Positions 46,197 through 55,315 of a stretch of DNA of 64,000 nt are shown here, in pieces. The notes under the pieces are model-generated. The model was not told where the DNA came from. It did not search any database and was given only the letters and a program-made list of their open reading frames with translations. The stretch's first letter is position 1. Every line of letters begins with the position of its first letter. The stretch is from an uncultured archaeon (GTDB taxonomy: Archaea > Hadarchaeota > Hadarchaeia > Hadarchaeales > WYZ-LMO6): the NCBI GenBank assembly GCA_938074535.1, contig CALJER010000005.1, positions 6,421 through 70,420 of the forward strand. The letters run 5' to 3'. Both the position numbers and the translations under genes were made by a program.

Positions 46197-47607
46197 CCTT
46201 TCCCTCCGGAACCGCCTTCCAGAAGTACCCCGAGATTCCCCTCAGGGGATCGACGTACTTCCTCCTGAAGCTCATCCTCACGGGGGCACCCACCCTCAGC
46301 TCCCCCCTTTCGCAGTCCGTAAAGTCGAACCAGAACCTCCCCCCTCCCTCGAAGTCCACGATGCCGTAGAGGGCGGGCCTGTCCACGGAGAAGGCCAGCA
46401 TGTCCTCCGTGTAGCTGAAGACCCTCCCCCTCCTCTCCGAGAACCTGTAGGGCTCCAGGTCCGTGCCCCCGCAGGAGACGCAAACCCTCTGGGGAGGATA
46501 CTGGGGGGTGCCGCAGGCCCTGCACCTGGAGCCCACCAGGCCCAGGATGGCCCTCCTCTCCCTCCAGGCCAGGGAGAGGGAGGTGGGGGCCATCTCCTCC
46601 CCCCTCATCCCCTTCTCCACCGGCACCATTCCCCTCCAGGCCAAGTACTTCTCGTAGCTCCTCAGTTCCCTCCTCCTGGCCAGGGCCCTCTCCACCTTCT
46701 TCTCCTTCAGCCCGCCGGTAACCGTGAAGAGGAAGGAGTCGCTCCCGGCACCGTAACCGGCCATCACCACCCTCTCCCCCTCGCCGGCCCCCTCTAGGGC
46801 CGCCACCAGGAGGAGGAGGGGATAGGAGGCCCCCGTGTTGCCCACCTGCTCGAAGAGGCTGGGCTGGAGCTGCCCCTCCGAGAAGCCCATCTCCCTGGCC
46901 AGCCTGGGGTGGTCGCGGGGGAAGAGGGCGGGGAAGACCACCCTGGAGACCTGCTGGGGGCTGAGGCCGTGGACCCTGAGCAGCTCACCCACGGAGAGGC
47001 GGAGGAAGCGGAAGTATCCTTCCTCCCTTATCCACCTGTCCTCCCAGGAGCGAACGAAGGTCTCCCCCTCCAGCCTCCAGTAGTCGGGGAAGTCGGAGGA
47101 GAGGGAGCGGAAGCCCTCGAGCCTGGCCACCCTTTCCTCCCCCAGGAGCAGAGCCGCCGCGGCGTCCCCGTACATCGCCTCCTGCGCGCTTCCCGCCCTG
47201 CCCATCCTGCAGTCGGAGGCAACCACCAGCACCCTTTTCCCTCCCTCCGCCTCCCTGAAGGCGGAGAGAAGGGCCCTCGTGCCCGCCCCCGGTGATCCCG
47301 TGAAGTCCACCGTCCTCACCCCCTCCAGGTCCAGCGCCGTGGCCAGAATTCCCGCGTTCATCCTCTCCCCGTACGGAGGGGTGGTGGTGGCAAAGTAAAC
47401 TGCCTCTATTCCCTCCCTGTCCCCGCCCAAGCAGTCCCTGGCGGCCTCCACCCCCATCGTGAGGCTGTCCTCGTCCCAGTTGGCCACCGTCCTCTCCCCG
47501 GGAAGGAGGGCCGCGGGGTTGAGCCAGGAGGCCACGGCCTCGTACAGGACGGCCCTGTCCATCCTGTACCTGGGGAGGTAAACCCCGCAGGAGGCTATTC
47601 CCACCAC
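46180..47607 (-). CDS. HMG-CoA synthase fused to a C-terminal DUF35 (zinc-ribbon plus OB-fold) scaffold domain
   Basis: N-terminal HMGS (MVGIASCGVYLPRYRMD, catalytic-Cys region VDFTGSPGAG...). C-terminal 130 aa CRACGTPQYPPQRVCVSCGGTDLEPYRFSERRGRVFSYTED... is the DUF35 Zn-ribbon/OB domain. Confidence 0.85.
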   Translation of the reverse strand: MVGIASCGVYLPRYRMDRAVLYEAVASWLNPAALLPGERTVANWDEDSLTMGVEAARDCLGGDREGIEAVYFATTTPPYGERMNAGILATALDLEGVRTVDFTGSPGAGTRALLSAFREAEGGKRVLVVASDCRMGRAGSAQEAMYGDAAAALLLGEERVARLEGFRSLSSDFPDYWRLEGETFVRSWEDRWIREEGYFRFLRLSVGELLRVHGLSPQQVSRVVFPALFPRDHPRLAREMGFSEGQLQPSLFEQVGNTGASYPLLLLVAALEGAGEGERVVMAGYGAGSDSFLFTVTGGLKEKKVERALARRRELRSYEKYLAWRGMVPVEKGMRGEEMAPTSLSLAWRERRAILGLVGSRCRACGTPQYPPQRVCVSCGGTDLEPYRFSERRGRVFSYTEDMLAFSVDRPALYGIVDFEGGGRFWFDFTDCERGELRVGAPVRMSFRRKYVDPLRGISGYFWKAVPEGKDGDQG

Positions 47608-47652
47608 AAAAATCTTTCCCCCTTTCCCTCCGGAAGATAAAAGCTTAGACCC

Positions 47653-48747
47653 TCAGACCACGCCCTCCCTCTTCATCTCCTCCACCTCCCCCTCGCCGTA
47701 GCCCAGCTCCCTCAGGACCTCCTCCGTGTGCTCCCCCAGGGCGGGGGCCCTCCTCCTCACCCCGTGGGGGGAGGAGGACCTGAAGGGAAAGCCGAGCTCC
47801 CTCCTCCCTTCCCTCTCCACCACCATGCCCGTCTCCCTCACCTGAGGATCCGAGAGAACCTCCTCCAGGGAGCAGACGGGAGCCGCGGGCACATCTGCCT
47901 CCCTCATGATCCTGAGCCACTCCTCCCTGGTTTTGCTCCGGAAAATCCTCTCGAAGACCCCGAAGATCTCATCCCTCCTCCCCGCGTCCCACTGACTGTC
48001 CCCGTACTCCTCCCTTCCGAGCACCCTGCACAGCCTCCTCCAGAAAACCTCCTCCAGGCAGCCCACGCTCAGGTACTCCCCGTCCGAGGTGCGGTAGACC
48101 GCGTAGCAGGGAAAGCGGCCGAGCAGGGGAAGGGTCTCCTCGCTCACCTCCCACCCCTCCAGCTGGAGGGAGAGGGGGAGGGTGAGGAAGAAGAGGGAGG
48201 CGCCCAGCAGGGAGAGGTCGAGGTGCTGGCCCCTTCCCGTCCTCTCCCTCTGGAGGAGGGCGGAGAGGATGGCCACGGTGGCCAGCAGGCAGCCGCCCAC
48301 GTCGGCTATCTGCACCCCGGGCACCACGGGCCTCCCCTCCCTGTCCCTGGTGAGGCCCAGGATGCCGCTTAGGGCAACGTAGTTGATGTCGTGGCCGGAA
48401 AGATCGCGGCAGGGGCCCTCCCTCCCGTAGCCCGAGATGGAGCAGTAGACGAGCCTCGGGTTCACCTCCCTGAGGACGGGATAGCCCAGCCCCCACTCCT
48501 CCATCGTCCCGGGCCTGAAGTTCTCCACCAGCACGTCGCTCCTCTCCACCAGCCTGAGGAGGACCTCCCTTCCCCTGGAGGACCTCAGGTTGAGGGTGAG
48601 GCCCCGCTTGTTCCTGTGGATGGCGGAGAAGTAAGGGGGGAGGGTGCGGGCGTAGTCACCCCTCCCTGGCTCCTCCACCTTGATCACGTCCGCCCCCAGG
48701 TCCGCCAGGAGGGTGGTGAAGGGGAGGTACCTGGTGAGATCCACCAC
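47653..48747 (-). CDS. CoA-transferase family III (CaiB/BaiF/Frc-like)
   Basis: MVDLTRYLPFTTLLADLGADVIKVEEPGRGD...; 364 aa. Confidence 0.85.
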   Translation of the reverse strand: MVDLTRYLPFTTLLADLGADVIKVEEPGRGDYARTLPPYFSAIHRNKRGLTLNLRSSRGREVLLRLVERSDVLVENFRPGTMEEWGLGYPVLREVNPRLVYCSISGYGREGPCRDLSGHDINYVALSGILGLTRDREGRPVVPGVQIADVGGCLLATVAILSALLQRERTGRGQHLDLSLLGASLFFLTLPLSLQLEGWEVSEETLPLLGRFPCYAVYRTSDGEYLSVGCLEEVFWRRLCRVLGREEYGDSQWDAGRRDEIFGVFERIFRSKTREEWLRIMREADVPAAPVCSLEEVLSDPQVRETGMVVEREGRRELGFPFRSSSPHGVRRRAPALGEHTEEVLRELGYGEGEVEEMKREGVV

Positions 48748-48772
48748 CCTTATTCCTTCCAGCGGCTCCAGT

Positions 48773-49294
48773 CTACCACCTGAAGAGCTCCGGGTGCTGG
48801 CGGGCGAGCTCGTGGTAGCCCATCGCCCCCATCTCCGCCCTGGCCCTCTGCTCCTCCTGGTCCAGCTCTCTCACCAGTCTGGCGGGGACTCCTGCGAACA
48901 TCGTGCCTGGAGGGACCTCCGTCCCCTCCCTCACCACGGAGCCCGCCGCGATCACGGAGTTCTTCCCTATTCTGGCCCCGTTGAGGATGACGGAGCCTAT
49001 CCCCACCAGCACGTGATCCTCCACCGAGGCCCCGTGGATCACGGCACCGTGCCCGACGGTGACGTAATCGCCCACTCGAACCTCCACGCTCATGTCGGTG
49101 TGGAGCACGCAGTTGTCCTGAATGCTCGTGAACCTCCCCACCCTCACCGGGTTCAGGTCACCCCTCAGGACAGCGCCAGGCCAGACGCTGCTTCCCTCCC
49201 CCACCTCCACCTCTCCCACCAGGCAGGCGAGGGGGGACACGAGAGCCCCAGGATGTATCGCCGGCTTCTTACCCCCGAAGGCGTAGAGGGGCAT
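48773..49294 (-). CDS. gamma-class carbonic anhydrase / hexapeptide-repeat (PaaY/CaiE-like) protein
   Basis: Left-handed beta-helix repeats and His ligands (NCVLHTD...GHGAVIHGA); start MPLYAFGGKKP. The 504-aa track ORF is a chimera running antisense through tRNA-Glu and the crotonase gene. Confidence 0.8.
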   Translation of the reverse strand: MPLYAFGGKKPAIHPGALVSPLACLVGEVEVGEGSSVWPGAVLRGDLNPVRVGRFTSIQDNCVLHTDMSVEVRVGDYVTVGHGAVIHGASVEDHVLVGIGSVILNGARIGKNSVIAAGSVVREGTEVPPGTMFAGVPARLVRELDQEEQRARAEMGAMGYHELARQHPELFRW

Positions 49295-49371
49295 CAAGGG
49301 ATATCCTCCTCCTGCCTTAAACCTTCTCCCACCCAACCCAAGGATTTTTTTCCGGGAGGAGAAGAGTATAC

Positions 49372-49446
49372 GCCCCGGTGGTGTAGACCGGTCAATCATG
49401 CAGCCCTTTCGAGGCTGCGACGTGGGTTCAAATCCCGCCCGGGGCA
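49372..49446 (+). tRNA. tRNA-Glu (anticodon UUC)
   Basis: Acceptor GCCCCGG/CCGGGGC, anticodon stem CAGCC/GGCUG with loop CUUUCGA, T-arm GUGGG-UUCAAAU-CCCGC. Confidence 0.8.
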
Positions 49447-49525
49447 CTCCGCTCCATGAAGCCGCGGTGCCCCAGGGAAGCCACCGGCTCGATAAAGGTA
49501 AAAAACGGGAGGGGAAAGAAAGGGT

Positions 49526-50293
49526 ATGCCGAAGGTGCTGACCGAGGTCAGGGACCGCATCTTCATCATCACCCTCAACCGCCCCGAAGTGATGAACTGC
49601 GTGGACGGGGAAACCGCCGAGCTGCTTTTCGAGGCCTGGCAGAGGTTCAGGGACGACGACAGCCTCTTCGTGGCCATCATCACCGGAGCGGGTGACAAGA
49701 GCTTCTGCAGCGGGGCCGACCTGAAGAACTTCCCCAGCCTGCTGGAGTTCCGGGGGAGGGAAATGGGCTTCCTGGGCTACACCCGCGGCACCGACATCTT
49801 CAAGCCCATCATAGCCGCCATCAACGGCTACTGCTTTGCGGGAGGCCTGGAAATCGCCTGTCTGGCCGATCTCAGAATCGCCTCGGAAAATGCGGAGTTC
49901 GGCTGCCTGGAGAGGAGGTGGAACGTTCCCCTGATAGACGGGCTGACCCAGAGGCTCCCCAGGATCGTGGGGCTCGGAAGGGCGATGGAGCTCATCCTCA
50001 CGGGCAAGAGGATCGATGCCAGGGAGGCCTACCGGATAGGGCTGGTCAACGAAGTGGTGCCCAGGGAGAGGCTGATGGAGAGGGCCCTGGAGATAGCCAG
50101 ACAGATCTGCGAGTACCCCCAGGGCTCCCTCAGGGCGGACAAAAAGGCGGCGATGCTGGGGCTGGGAAGACCGCTGGAGGAGGGGCTCCGCATAGAGAAG
50201 GAGGTGGGCGAGAAGGTGCTGGGCACCCACGACTTCCTGGAGGGGGTGAGGGCCTTCATCGAGAAAAGGAAACCCTCCTTCGACCACCGGTGA
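49526..50293 (+). CDS. enoyl-CoA hydratase/isomerase (crotonase family)
   Basis: Oxyanion-hole segments ITGAGDKSFCSGADL and AAINGYCFAGGLEIA; 255 aa. Confidence 0.9.
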   Translation: MPKVLTEVRDRIFIITLNRPEVMNCVDGETAELLFEAWQRFRDDDSLFVAIITGAGDKSFCSGADLKNFPSLLEFRGREMGFLGYTRGTDIFKPIIAAINGYCFAGGLEIACLADLRIASENAEFGCLERRWNVPLIDGLTQRLPRIVGLGRAMELILTGKRIDAREAYRIGLVNEVVPRERLMERALEIARQICEYPQGSLRADKKAAMLGLGRPLEEGLRIEKEVGEKVLGTHDFLEGVRAFIEKRKPSFDHR

Positions 50294-50555
50294 GGGCAGT
50301 CGGAGGAGACGCTACTCGGCCTCAGCTGGCGGTGCGTACTTCCGGGCCAGACGACCCCCGCAGGCAGCAGCACCGGTCCCGCTATCAACAACCTTCCTCT
50401 ATAGGTCAGGGGCCACCCTGAGGCCTCGGCCTGAGAGACGGCCGCGGGGGCGGCCAGGAGGAGGACCACCGTCAGCAGGAGGATCGCCGTTACCGGCCCT
50501 GGCGCTCGCTTCCCCTCCAAATACGCCTTTAAAAAGCGTCCGAAGCGGCTGCTGC

Positions 50556-50750
50556 TCAGGGGTTCTTGGGGCTCCGGAGCCTCCTGGAAAGGGGTTCTCC
50601 GCCCACCCCTATGTTGTCGAGTTCGTTCTCCTTGATGAAGACGGTGAAGGCCTCCCTGGGGAGCCCCGTGGCCCTCTGGGCCAGATCGGTGAAACCCTTC
50701 ATCAGTTCCTCCTTCTGCTCCTTCGCCAGCTTCCTCCCCTCGAACACCAT
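50556..50750 (-). CDS. tautomerase-superfamily (4-oxalocrotonate tautomerase-like) small protein
   Basis: 64 aa, MVFEGRKLAKEQKEELMKGFTDLAQRATGLPREAFTVFIKE...; the canonical Pro-1 is not at position 2, so assignment is tentative. Confidence 0.5.
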   Translation of the reverse strand: MVFEGRKLAKEQKEELMKGFTDLAQRATGLPREAFTVFIKENELDNIGVGGEPLSRRLRSPKNP

Positions 50751-50831
50751 GACGGGCGCCTTCTTTCCCCAGCCTCCGGAGGACCAAGCTTTGGGGAGCA
50801 GGGATAAAAGCTCCCCCACCCACCCACTCCG

Positions 50832-51386
50832 ATGAAGGAGGTCTCGAAGGAGGTGGTCTACAGGCTCCTCCACCCCAGGCAGGTGGTGCTGGTCACCTGC
50901 GCGGATGAAAGGGGGAAGCCCAACCTCCTCACCGTGGCCTGGAGCACCCCCCTCTCCTTCGACCCCCCGCTGGTGGGAATCTCCATAGGGAAGAACCGGT
51001 ACTCGCACGGGCTCATCTCCCGGACGAAGGAGTTCGCCGTAAGCGTGCCACCCTCCTCCCTGCTGGAGAAGGTGAAGGAGTGCGGGAAGCTCTCCGGAAG
51101 GAAGGAGGACAAGTTCAGGAAGGTGGGGCTCACCCCCCAGCCCTCCCGCCGCCTGAGGGCTCCCGTGGTGAAGGAGGGGATAGCCCACCTCGAGTGCAGG
51201 GTGGTGAAGGAGGTGGAGGTGGGCGACCACACCCTCTTCGTGGGGGAGGTGGTGGAGGCCTACGCCGACGGGAGGTGCTTCGACGGGGAGAAGTTCGACC
51301 CCGAGAGGGTGGGCCTGATCTACCACCTGGGGGGCGCGCACTTCCTCTTCCTGGGGAGATCCGGGAAGAAAAACGACCAGATTTAA
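50832..51386 (+). CDS. flavin reductase-like FMN-binding split-barrel protein
   Basis: LLHPRQVVLVTC...NLLTVAWSTPLSFDPPLVGISI...; 184 aa. Confidence 0.8.
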   Translation: MKEVSKEVVYRLLHPRQVVLVTCADERGKPNLLTVAWSTPLSFDPPLVGISIGKNRYSHGLISRTKEFAVSVPPSSLLEKVKECGKLSGRKEDKFRKVGLTPQPSRRLRAPVVKEGIAHLECRVVKEVEVGDHTLFVGEVVEAYADGRCFDGEKFDPERVGLIYHLGGAHFLFLGRSGKKNDQI

Positions 51387-51410
51387 AAGCCTTTAAAGGG
51401 AAGTGGGGAG

Positions 51411-51812
51411 ATGAGGAGACCCATCAGCCTGGAAGAGGTTTCCCGCAACCCGTCCATGCTGCTGGCCATCGCCGGACTGCTCCTCCTGATAGGCTCGCTG
51501 GGCACCTGGCATTCCTATCCCTTCCCCTACAGGGCCAGCGGCTGGGATGCGGGGATGGGGAAGATCACCTTCTTCATCTCCCTGATGTTCCTGGCCTCGG
51601 CGGCCCTGCACCTCGGGTACCTCCACCACCCCCTCCTCGAGAGGCTCTTCCCCCTCCTCCCCACCTCGGCGGTCTGCGGCTTCCTGGCCCTGCTGGCCTG
51701 CCTGGTGGCCTTCGATCAGGGCTCCCACTTCTCCTGGGGACTCTACCTGAGCACCATAGCCTCCCTGATCTCGCTCTTCGCCGCCTACAGGAGTCTCCAG
51801 TCCGGGATGTGA
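51411..51812 (+). CDS. membrane protein, hypothetical
   Basis: 133 aa, 4 TM helices. Confidence 0.4.
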   Translation: MRRPISLEEVSRNPSMLLAIAGLLLLIGSLGTWHSYPFPYRASGWDAGMGKITFFISLMFLASAALHLGYLHHPLLERLFPLLPTSAVCGFLALLACLVAFDQGSHFSWGLYLSTIASLISLFAAYRSLQSGM

Positions 51813-51814
51813 AG

Positions 51815-52006
51815 ATGGCCGGCTGCGCGGTCTGCGGGAAACCGATCGACGAAAGGGGGGAGAAATGCAGCGGCTGCGGGGCTCCCCTCCACCGCGAGTG
51901 CGCCAAGAAAATCCTCGGGAAGTTTTACTGCAAGGGCTGTCTGAAGGAGGGCAAGAGGCAGGCCAGGTACGAGAGGATGCGCCAGTGGGGACCACCGGGC
52001 AGGTAA
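51815..52006 (+). CDS. small Cys-rich zinc-finger protein (63 aa)
   Basis: MAGCAVCGKPIDERGEKCSGCGAPLHRECAKKILGKFYCKGCLKEGK. Confidence 0.45.
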   Translation: MAGCAVCGKPIDERGEKCSGCGAPLHRECAKKILGKFYCKGCLKEGKRQARYERMRQWGPPGR

Positions 52007-52033
52007 TTAAGTCCGGCCCCCACCTCTCTTAGG

Positions 52034-52118
52034 GCAGGGGTATCCAAGCCTGGTCTAAGGAGCGGGGCTTAGGACCCCGTGGCGAAGGCCTTCGTGGGTT
52101 CAAATCCCACCCCCTGCA
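52034..52118 (+). tRNA. tRNA-Leu (anticodon UAG), class II with long variable arm
   Basis: Acceptor GCAGGGG/CCCCUGC, anticodon loop CUUAGGA, variable arm UGGCGAAGGCCUUC, T-arm GUGGG-UUCAAAU-CCCAC. The track ORF 52079.. wrongly extends the downstream gene's N-terminus across this tRNA. Confidence 0.8.
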
Positions 52119-52132
52119 CCTACGGTGGAAGG

Positions 52133-53008
52133 ATGAGGTCCAAGTTCAGGGGATGCCTGCTGGGATGCGCCGTGGGGGATGCCCTGGGGAGCTCCTGGGG
52201 AGAGTTCTCAGGGCGCTGGACAGACGACACCCACATGATGATGGGTCTGGCCGAGTCCCTGGTGGAAAGAGGGGGCTTCGACGGGGAGCACCTCATGCGC
52301 ACCTTCATCAGAAACTACGAGGAGGAGCCCTGGAGGGGGTACGCCTCAGGTCCCCCCACCATCTTCTCCATGGTCAGGAGGGGGGTGTCCTGGAAGGAAG
52401 CCTCCAAACGGCTCTTCGGGGGCACGGGCTCCTTCGGGAACGGGGCGGCCATGAGGGTGGCACCCGTGGGCCTCCTCTACTACGACCGTCCGGAAGAGCT
52501 CAGGAGGGTGGCCGAGGAGCAGGCCCTCCTCACCCACTCGCACGAGCTGGGGAGGGAGGGGGCGGTCCTGCAGGCCAGGGCCGTCTCCCTCGCCCTCACT
52601 GCCAGACCCCCCTCCCTCTTCGACCCCCACGACTTCCTGGAGGAGCTGCAGGCCTTCACGGTCCATCCCGTCTACAGGGAGAAGCTGGGAAGGGTGGAGA
52701 GGCTGCTGGAGGGGGGGAGACCGGGGGAGGTGGTGAGGGAGCTGGGCAACGGCGTGGAGGCCCACCGCTCCGTGCCCACCGCCATCTGTTCCTTCCTCCT
52801 GAACTTCCGCTCCTTCGAGGCCTCCCTCCTCTACGCCACGGGACTGGGTGGAGACAGGGACACCATAGGAGCCATGACGGGGGCCCTGAGCGGCGCCTAC
52901 CACGGGGAGGGGGGAATACCCGCGGAGTGGAGGGAAAGGGTGGAGAGGAGGGAGCGGCTGGAGAGGCTGGCGGATCAGCTGTGGGGGCTGAAGCTCCGGG
53001 GGGGCTAA
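52133..53008 (+). CDS. ADP-ribosylglycohydrolase family protein (ARH3/DraG-like)
   Basis: N-terminus RGCLLGCAVGDALGS and C-terminal GGDRDTIGAMTGALSGAYHG are ARH family motifs; start reset to the ATG after the tRNA. Confidence 0.8.
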   Translation: MRSKFRGCLLGCAVGDALGSSWGEFSGRWTDDTHMMMGLAESLVERGGFDGEHLMRTFIRNYEEEPWRGYASGPPTIFSMVRRGVSWKEASKRLFGGTGSFGNGAAMRVAPVGLLYYDRPEELRRVAEEQALLTHSHELGREGAVLQARAVSLALTARPPSLFDPHDFLEELQAFTVHPVYREKLGRVERLLEGGRPGEVVRELGNGVEAHRSVPTAICSFLLNFRSFEASLLYATGLGGDRDTIGAMTGALSGAYHGEGGIPAEWRERVERRERLERLADQLWGLKLRGG

Positions 53009-53038
53009 TCTTTTACTTCCCGCTTCCCAGAGAGGAGG

Positions 53039-54232
53039 ATGGAGCCCCCTCTTACCGAGGAACAGGAGCTCTACAGAAAAGCGGTGAGGGAGTTCCTGAC
53101 CAAAACGGTGGAGCCCAGGAGCAGGGAGATCTTCGGGAGGAGGAAGATCCCCGTGGAGCTCTGGAAATCCCTGGCCGACTTCGGGCTCACGGGCCTCCTT
53201 CTCCCCGCCGAGTACGGCGGTTCGAACTCCGACTTCCCTTCCTTCCTCATCGCCGTCGAGGAGCTCTCCAGGGCGGACAGGAGCGGGTTCCTCACCGTGT
53301 GCGTGCTCCTCTCCAACACCGAGGGGCTCATCGTGGCCGAGCACGGGAGGGAGGAGCTGAAGGAGGCCCTGCTCCCCTCCATAGCGAAGGGGAAGGCGGT
53401 GCTGGGACTGGCCTCCACCGAGCCCGGCTGCGGGACGGACTTCACCGCGGTCCGGACGAGGATAAGGAAGGAGGGGGGGGAGTACGTGGTCACGGGGGAG
53501 AAGCAGTGCATAAGCCTGGTGGCGGAGGCCAGGGAGCTGGGGGGAGGGCACCTGGTCACGGGCAAGACCTCGCCGGAGCTTGGTCCCAGGGGGATGGGCC
53601 TGATCTATGTCCCCATCGCGGAGAGGGGAGTGGAGAGCTCGGAGCTGGACACGCTCGGACCCTCGCTCGGCAGGATCAGGTACGAGGAGGTGAGGGTTCC
53701 CCTCCACCACCTGGTGGGTGAGGAGAACCGGGGGGTCTACCTCATCCAGGAGGGCTTCGTGATCACCAGGGTGGCGGTGGCCATGAGCCTGGTGGGGCCC
53801 ACCCTCAGGCTCCTGGAGGAGGGTGCGGAGTATCTGAAGCAGAGGAGCTCCTTCGGGAGGCCCCTGGCGAAGTTCCAGGGGGTGCAGTTCCAGCTGGCGG
53901 AGCACCGCGCGAGGGTGGATGCGGTGCGCCTCCTCACCTACAGGGCCGGGGAGATGGTGGAGGGCCTGAGGAGGGGCGGGGGGAACCCATCCAGGGTGGC
54001 GCTGGCCGCCTCGGAGGCCAAGCTCCTGGCCTCGGTGGACTGTCTGAAGGCGGTGACGGATGCGACCATGTGGTACGGTGCCATGGGCCTCACCACCGAG
54101 CTCGACGCCCACCTCGCCCTGCGCTCGGTGCTGGGGTCCTGCATAGCGGAGGGAACGGTGGAGGCGCAGAAGATAGCCATCGGAAGACTGCTGCTGGGGA
54201 GGGAGTTCTCCTCCGTGAGGGGGGGAACTTGA
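53039..54232 (+). CDS. acyl-CoA dehydrogenase
   Basis: MEPPLTEEQELYRKAVREF..., FAD/substrate region GLASTEPGCGTD..., YGAMGLTTE; 397 aa. Confidence 0.9.
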   Translation: MEPPLTEEQELYRKAVREFLTKTVEPRSREIFGRRKIPVELWKSLADFGLTGLLLPAEYGGSNSDFPSFLIAVEELSRADRSGFLTVCVLLSNTEGLIVAEHGREELKEALLPSIAKGKAVLGLASTEPGCGTDFTAVRTRIRKEGGEYVVTGEKQCISLVAEARELGGGHLVTGKTSPELGPRGMGLIYVPIAERGVESSELDTLGPSLGRIRYEEVRVPLHHLVGEENRGVYLIQEGFVITRVAVAMSLVGPTLRLLEEGAEYLKQRSSFGRPLAKFQGVQFQLAEHRARVDAVRLLTYRAGEMVEGLRRGGGNPSRVALAASEAKLLASVDCLKAVTDATMWYGAMGLTTELDAHLALRSVLGSCIAEGTVEAQKIAIGRLLLGREFSSVRGGT

Positions 54233-54248
54233 ACCGAAGGAACAGGGT

Positions 54249-55049
54249 ATGATGCCCCGGGAAGTCGAGGTGGGGGTGATAGGGGGCACGGGCTTCTACC
54301 AGCTAGGGCTCTCGGAGGGGAGGTGGAGGAGGGTGAGGACCCCCTACGGGGAGGCGGAGGTGCTGGTGGGGGTGCTGGGCCCCAAGCGCGTGGCCTTTCT
54401 GCCCAGGCACGGAAGGAAGCACGAGGCTCCCCCCCACAGGGTCAACTACAGGGCCAACCTCTGGGCCCTTCACTCCCTGGGGGTGAGGAGGATCCTGGCG
54501 GTCTCCGCCTGCGGCTCCCTGCAGCCCAGGATGAAGCCGGGGGAGCTGGTGCTCCTGGACCAGTTCCTGGACTTCACGAAGGGAAGGATCTCCACCTTCC
54601 ACGGGGGAGGAAAGGAGGGCGTGGTGCACGTGGACCTCACCGAGCCCTACTGCCCCGAGCTCCGGGCGGCCCTCAGGGCGGCGGCGAAGGCGGAGGGTCT
54701 CAAGCTCCATCCGAGGGGGACCTACGTGTGCACGGAGGGACCGAGGTTCGAGACGGCGGCCGAGATCAGGGCCTTCCGCAGGCTGGGGGCGGACCTGGTG
54801 GGCATGACCAACGTGCCCGAGTGCGTGCTCGCCAGGGAGCTGGAGGTGTGCTACGCGGCAGTGGGGCTGGTGACCAACTTCGCGGCGGGACTGGCGGGGA
54901 CCAGGCTCACCCACACGGAGGTGGCGGAGAGGATGGGGAAGGGACTCGAGACCATAGGAAGGCTCTTCCGTTCCTCCCTCTCCAAAATTCCCCGGGAGAG
55001 GTCCTGTCCCTGCTCCAGGGCCCTCGAGGGGGCCGTGGTGAAGGTCTGA
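54249..55049 (+). CDS. mtnP: S-methyl-5'-thioadenosine phosphorylase / purine nucleoside phosphorylase (PNP-UDP family)
   Basis: VGVIGGTGF, GMTNVPECVLARELEVCYAAVGLVTNFAAG. Confidence 0.9.
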   Translation: MMPREVEVGVIGGTGFYQLGLSEGRWRRVRTPYGEAEVLVGVLGPKRVAFLPRHGRKHEAPPHRVNYRANLWALHSLGVRRILAVSACGSLQPRMKPGELVLLDQFLDFTKGRISTFHGGGKEGVVHVDLTEPYCPELRAALRAAAKAEGLKLHPRGTYVCTEGPRFETAAEIRAFRRLGADLVGMTNVPECVLARELEVCYAAVGLVTNFAAGLAGTRLTHTEVAERMGKGLETIGRLFRSSLSKIPRERSCPCSRALEGAVVKV

Positions 55050-55298
55050 TCACTCCTCAAACATTTCCTCGTAGAACTCCACGGGCTCCAGCTCGTACTC
55101 CTGCTCGAACTTCTTTTTCTTCCTCTTCGACTCGGCTATGACCGGAATCTCCTTGGGCTCCACGCCCTTCTCCCTTATCTTGTAGCTCTCCCTGCTCCTG
55201 GCCTTCACCTTGTATCCACACTTCTTGCACACCAGCCTGGTGAGTCCCTTCGCCTTCTCAGGGAAGAGGATGTTGCCACACCTGGGGCAAAACTCCAT
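55050..55298 (-). CDS. zinc-ribbon protein resembling the N-terminal ribbon of RNAP subunit M / TFS, with an acidic C-terminus
   Basis: MEFCPRCGNILFP...LVCKKCGY, then a Lys- and Glu-rich tail; no second Zn ribbon. Confidence 0.45.
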   Translation of the reverse strand: MEFCPRCGNILFPEKAKGLTRLVCKKCGYKVKARSRESYKIREKGVEPKEIPVIAESKRKKKKFEQEYELEPVEFYEEMFEE

Positions 55299-55315
55299 TT
55301 TCTCGCTGAGGTTTT

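Noticed and set aside
48773-50287. 504-aa minus-strand ORF
   Set aside because: Chimera: only its last 173 aa (gamma-CA-like, start MPLYAFGG) are real. The rest runs antisense through tRNA-Glu and the crotonase gene.
50440-50560. Possible small secreted protein (TTG...KRAPGPVTAILLLTVVLLLAAPAAVSQA...) on the minus strand
   Set aside because: The frame has no stop for 170 codons and runs antisense through the crotonase gene; it is most likely an open-frame artefact.
52079-52132. N-terminal 18 codons of the ARH ORF (MAKAFVGSNPTPCTYGGR)
   Set aside because: This stretch is the 3' half of tRNA-Leu (T-arm and acceptor) translated; the real start is the ATG at 52133.
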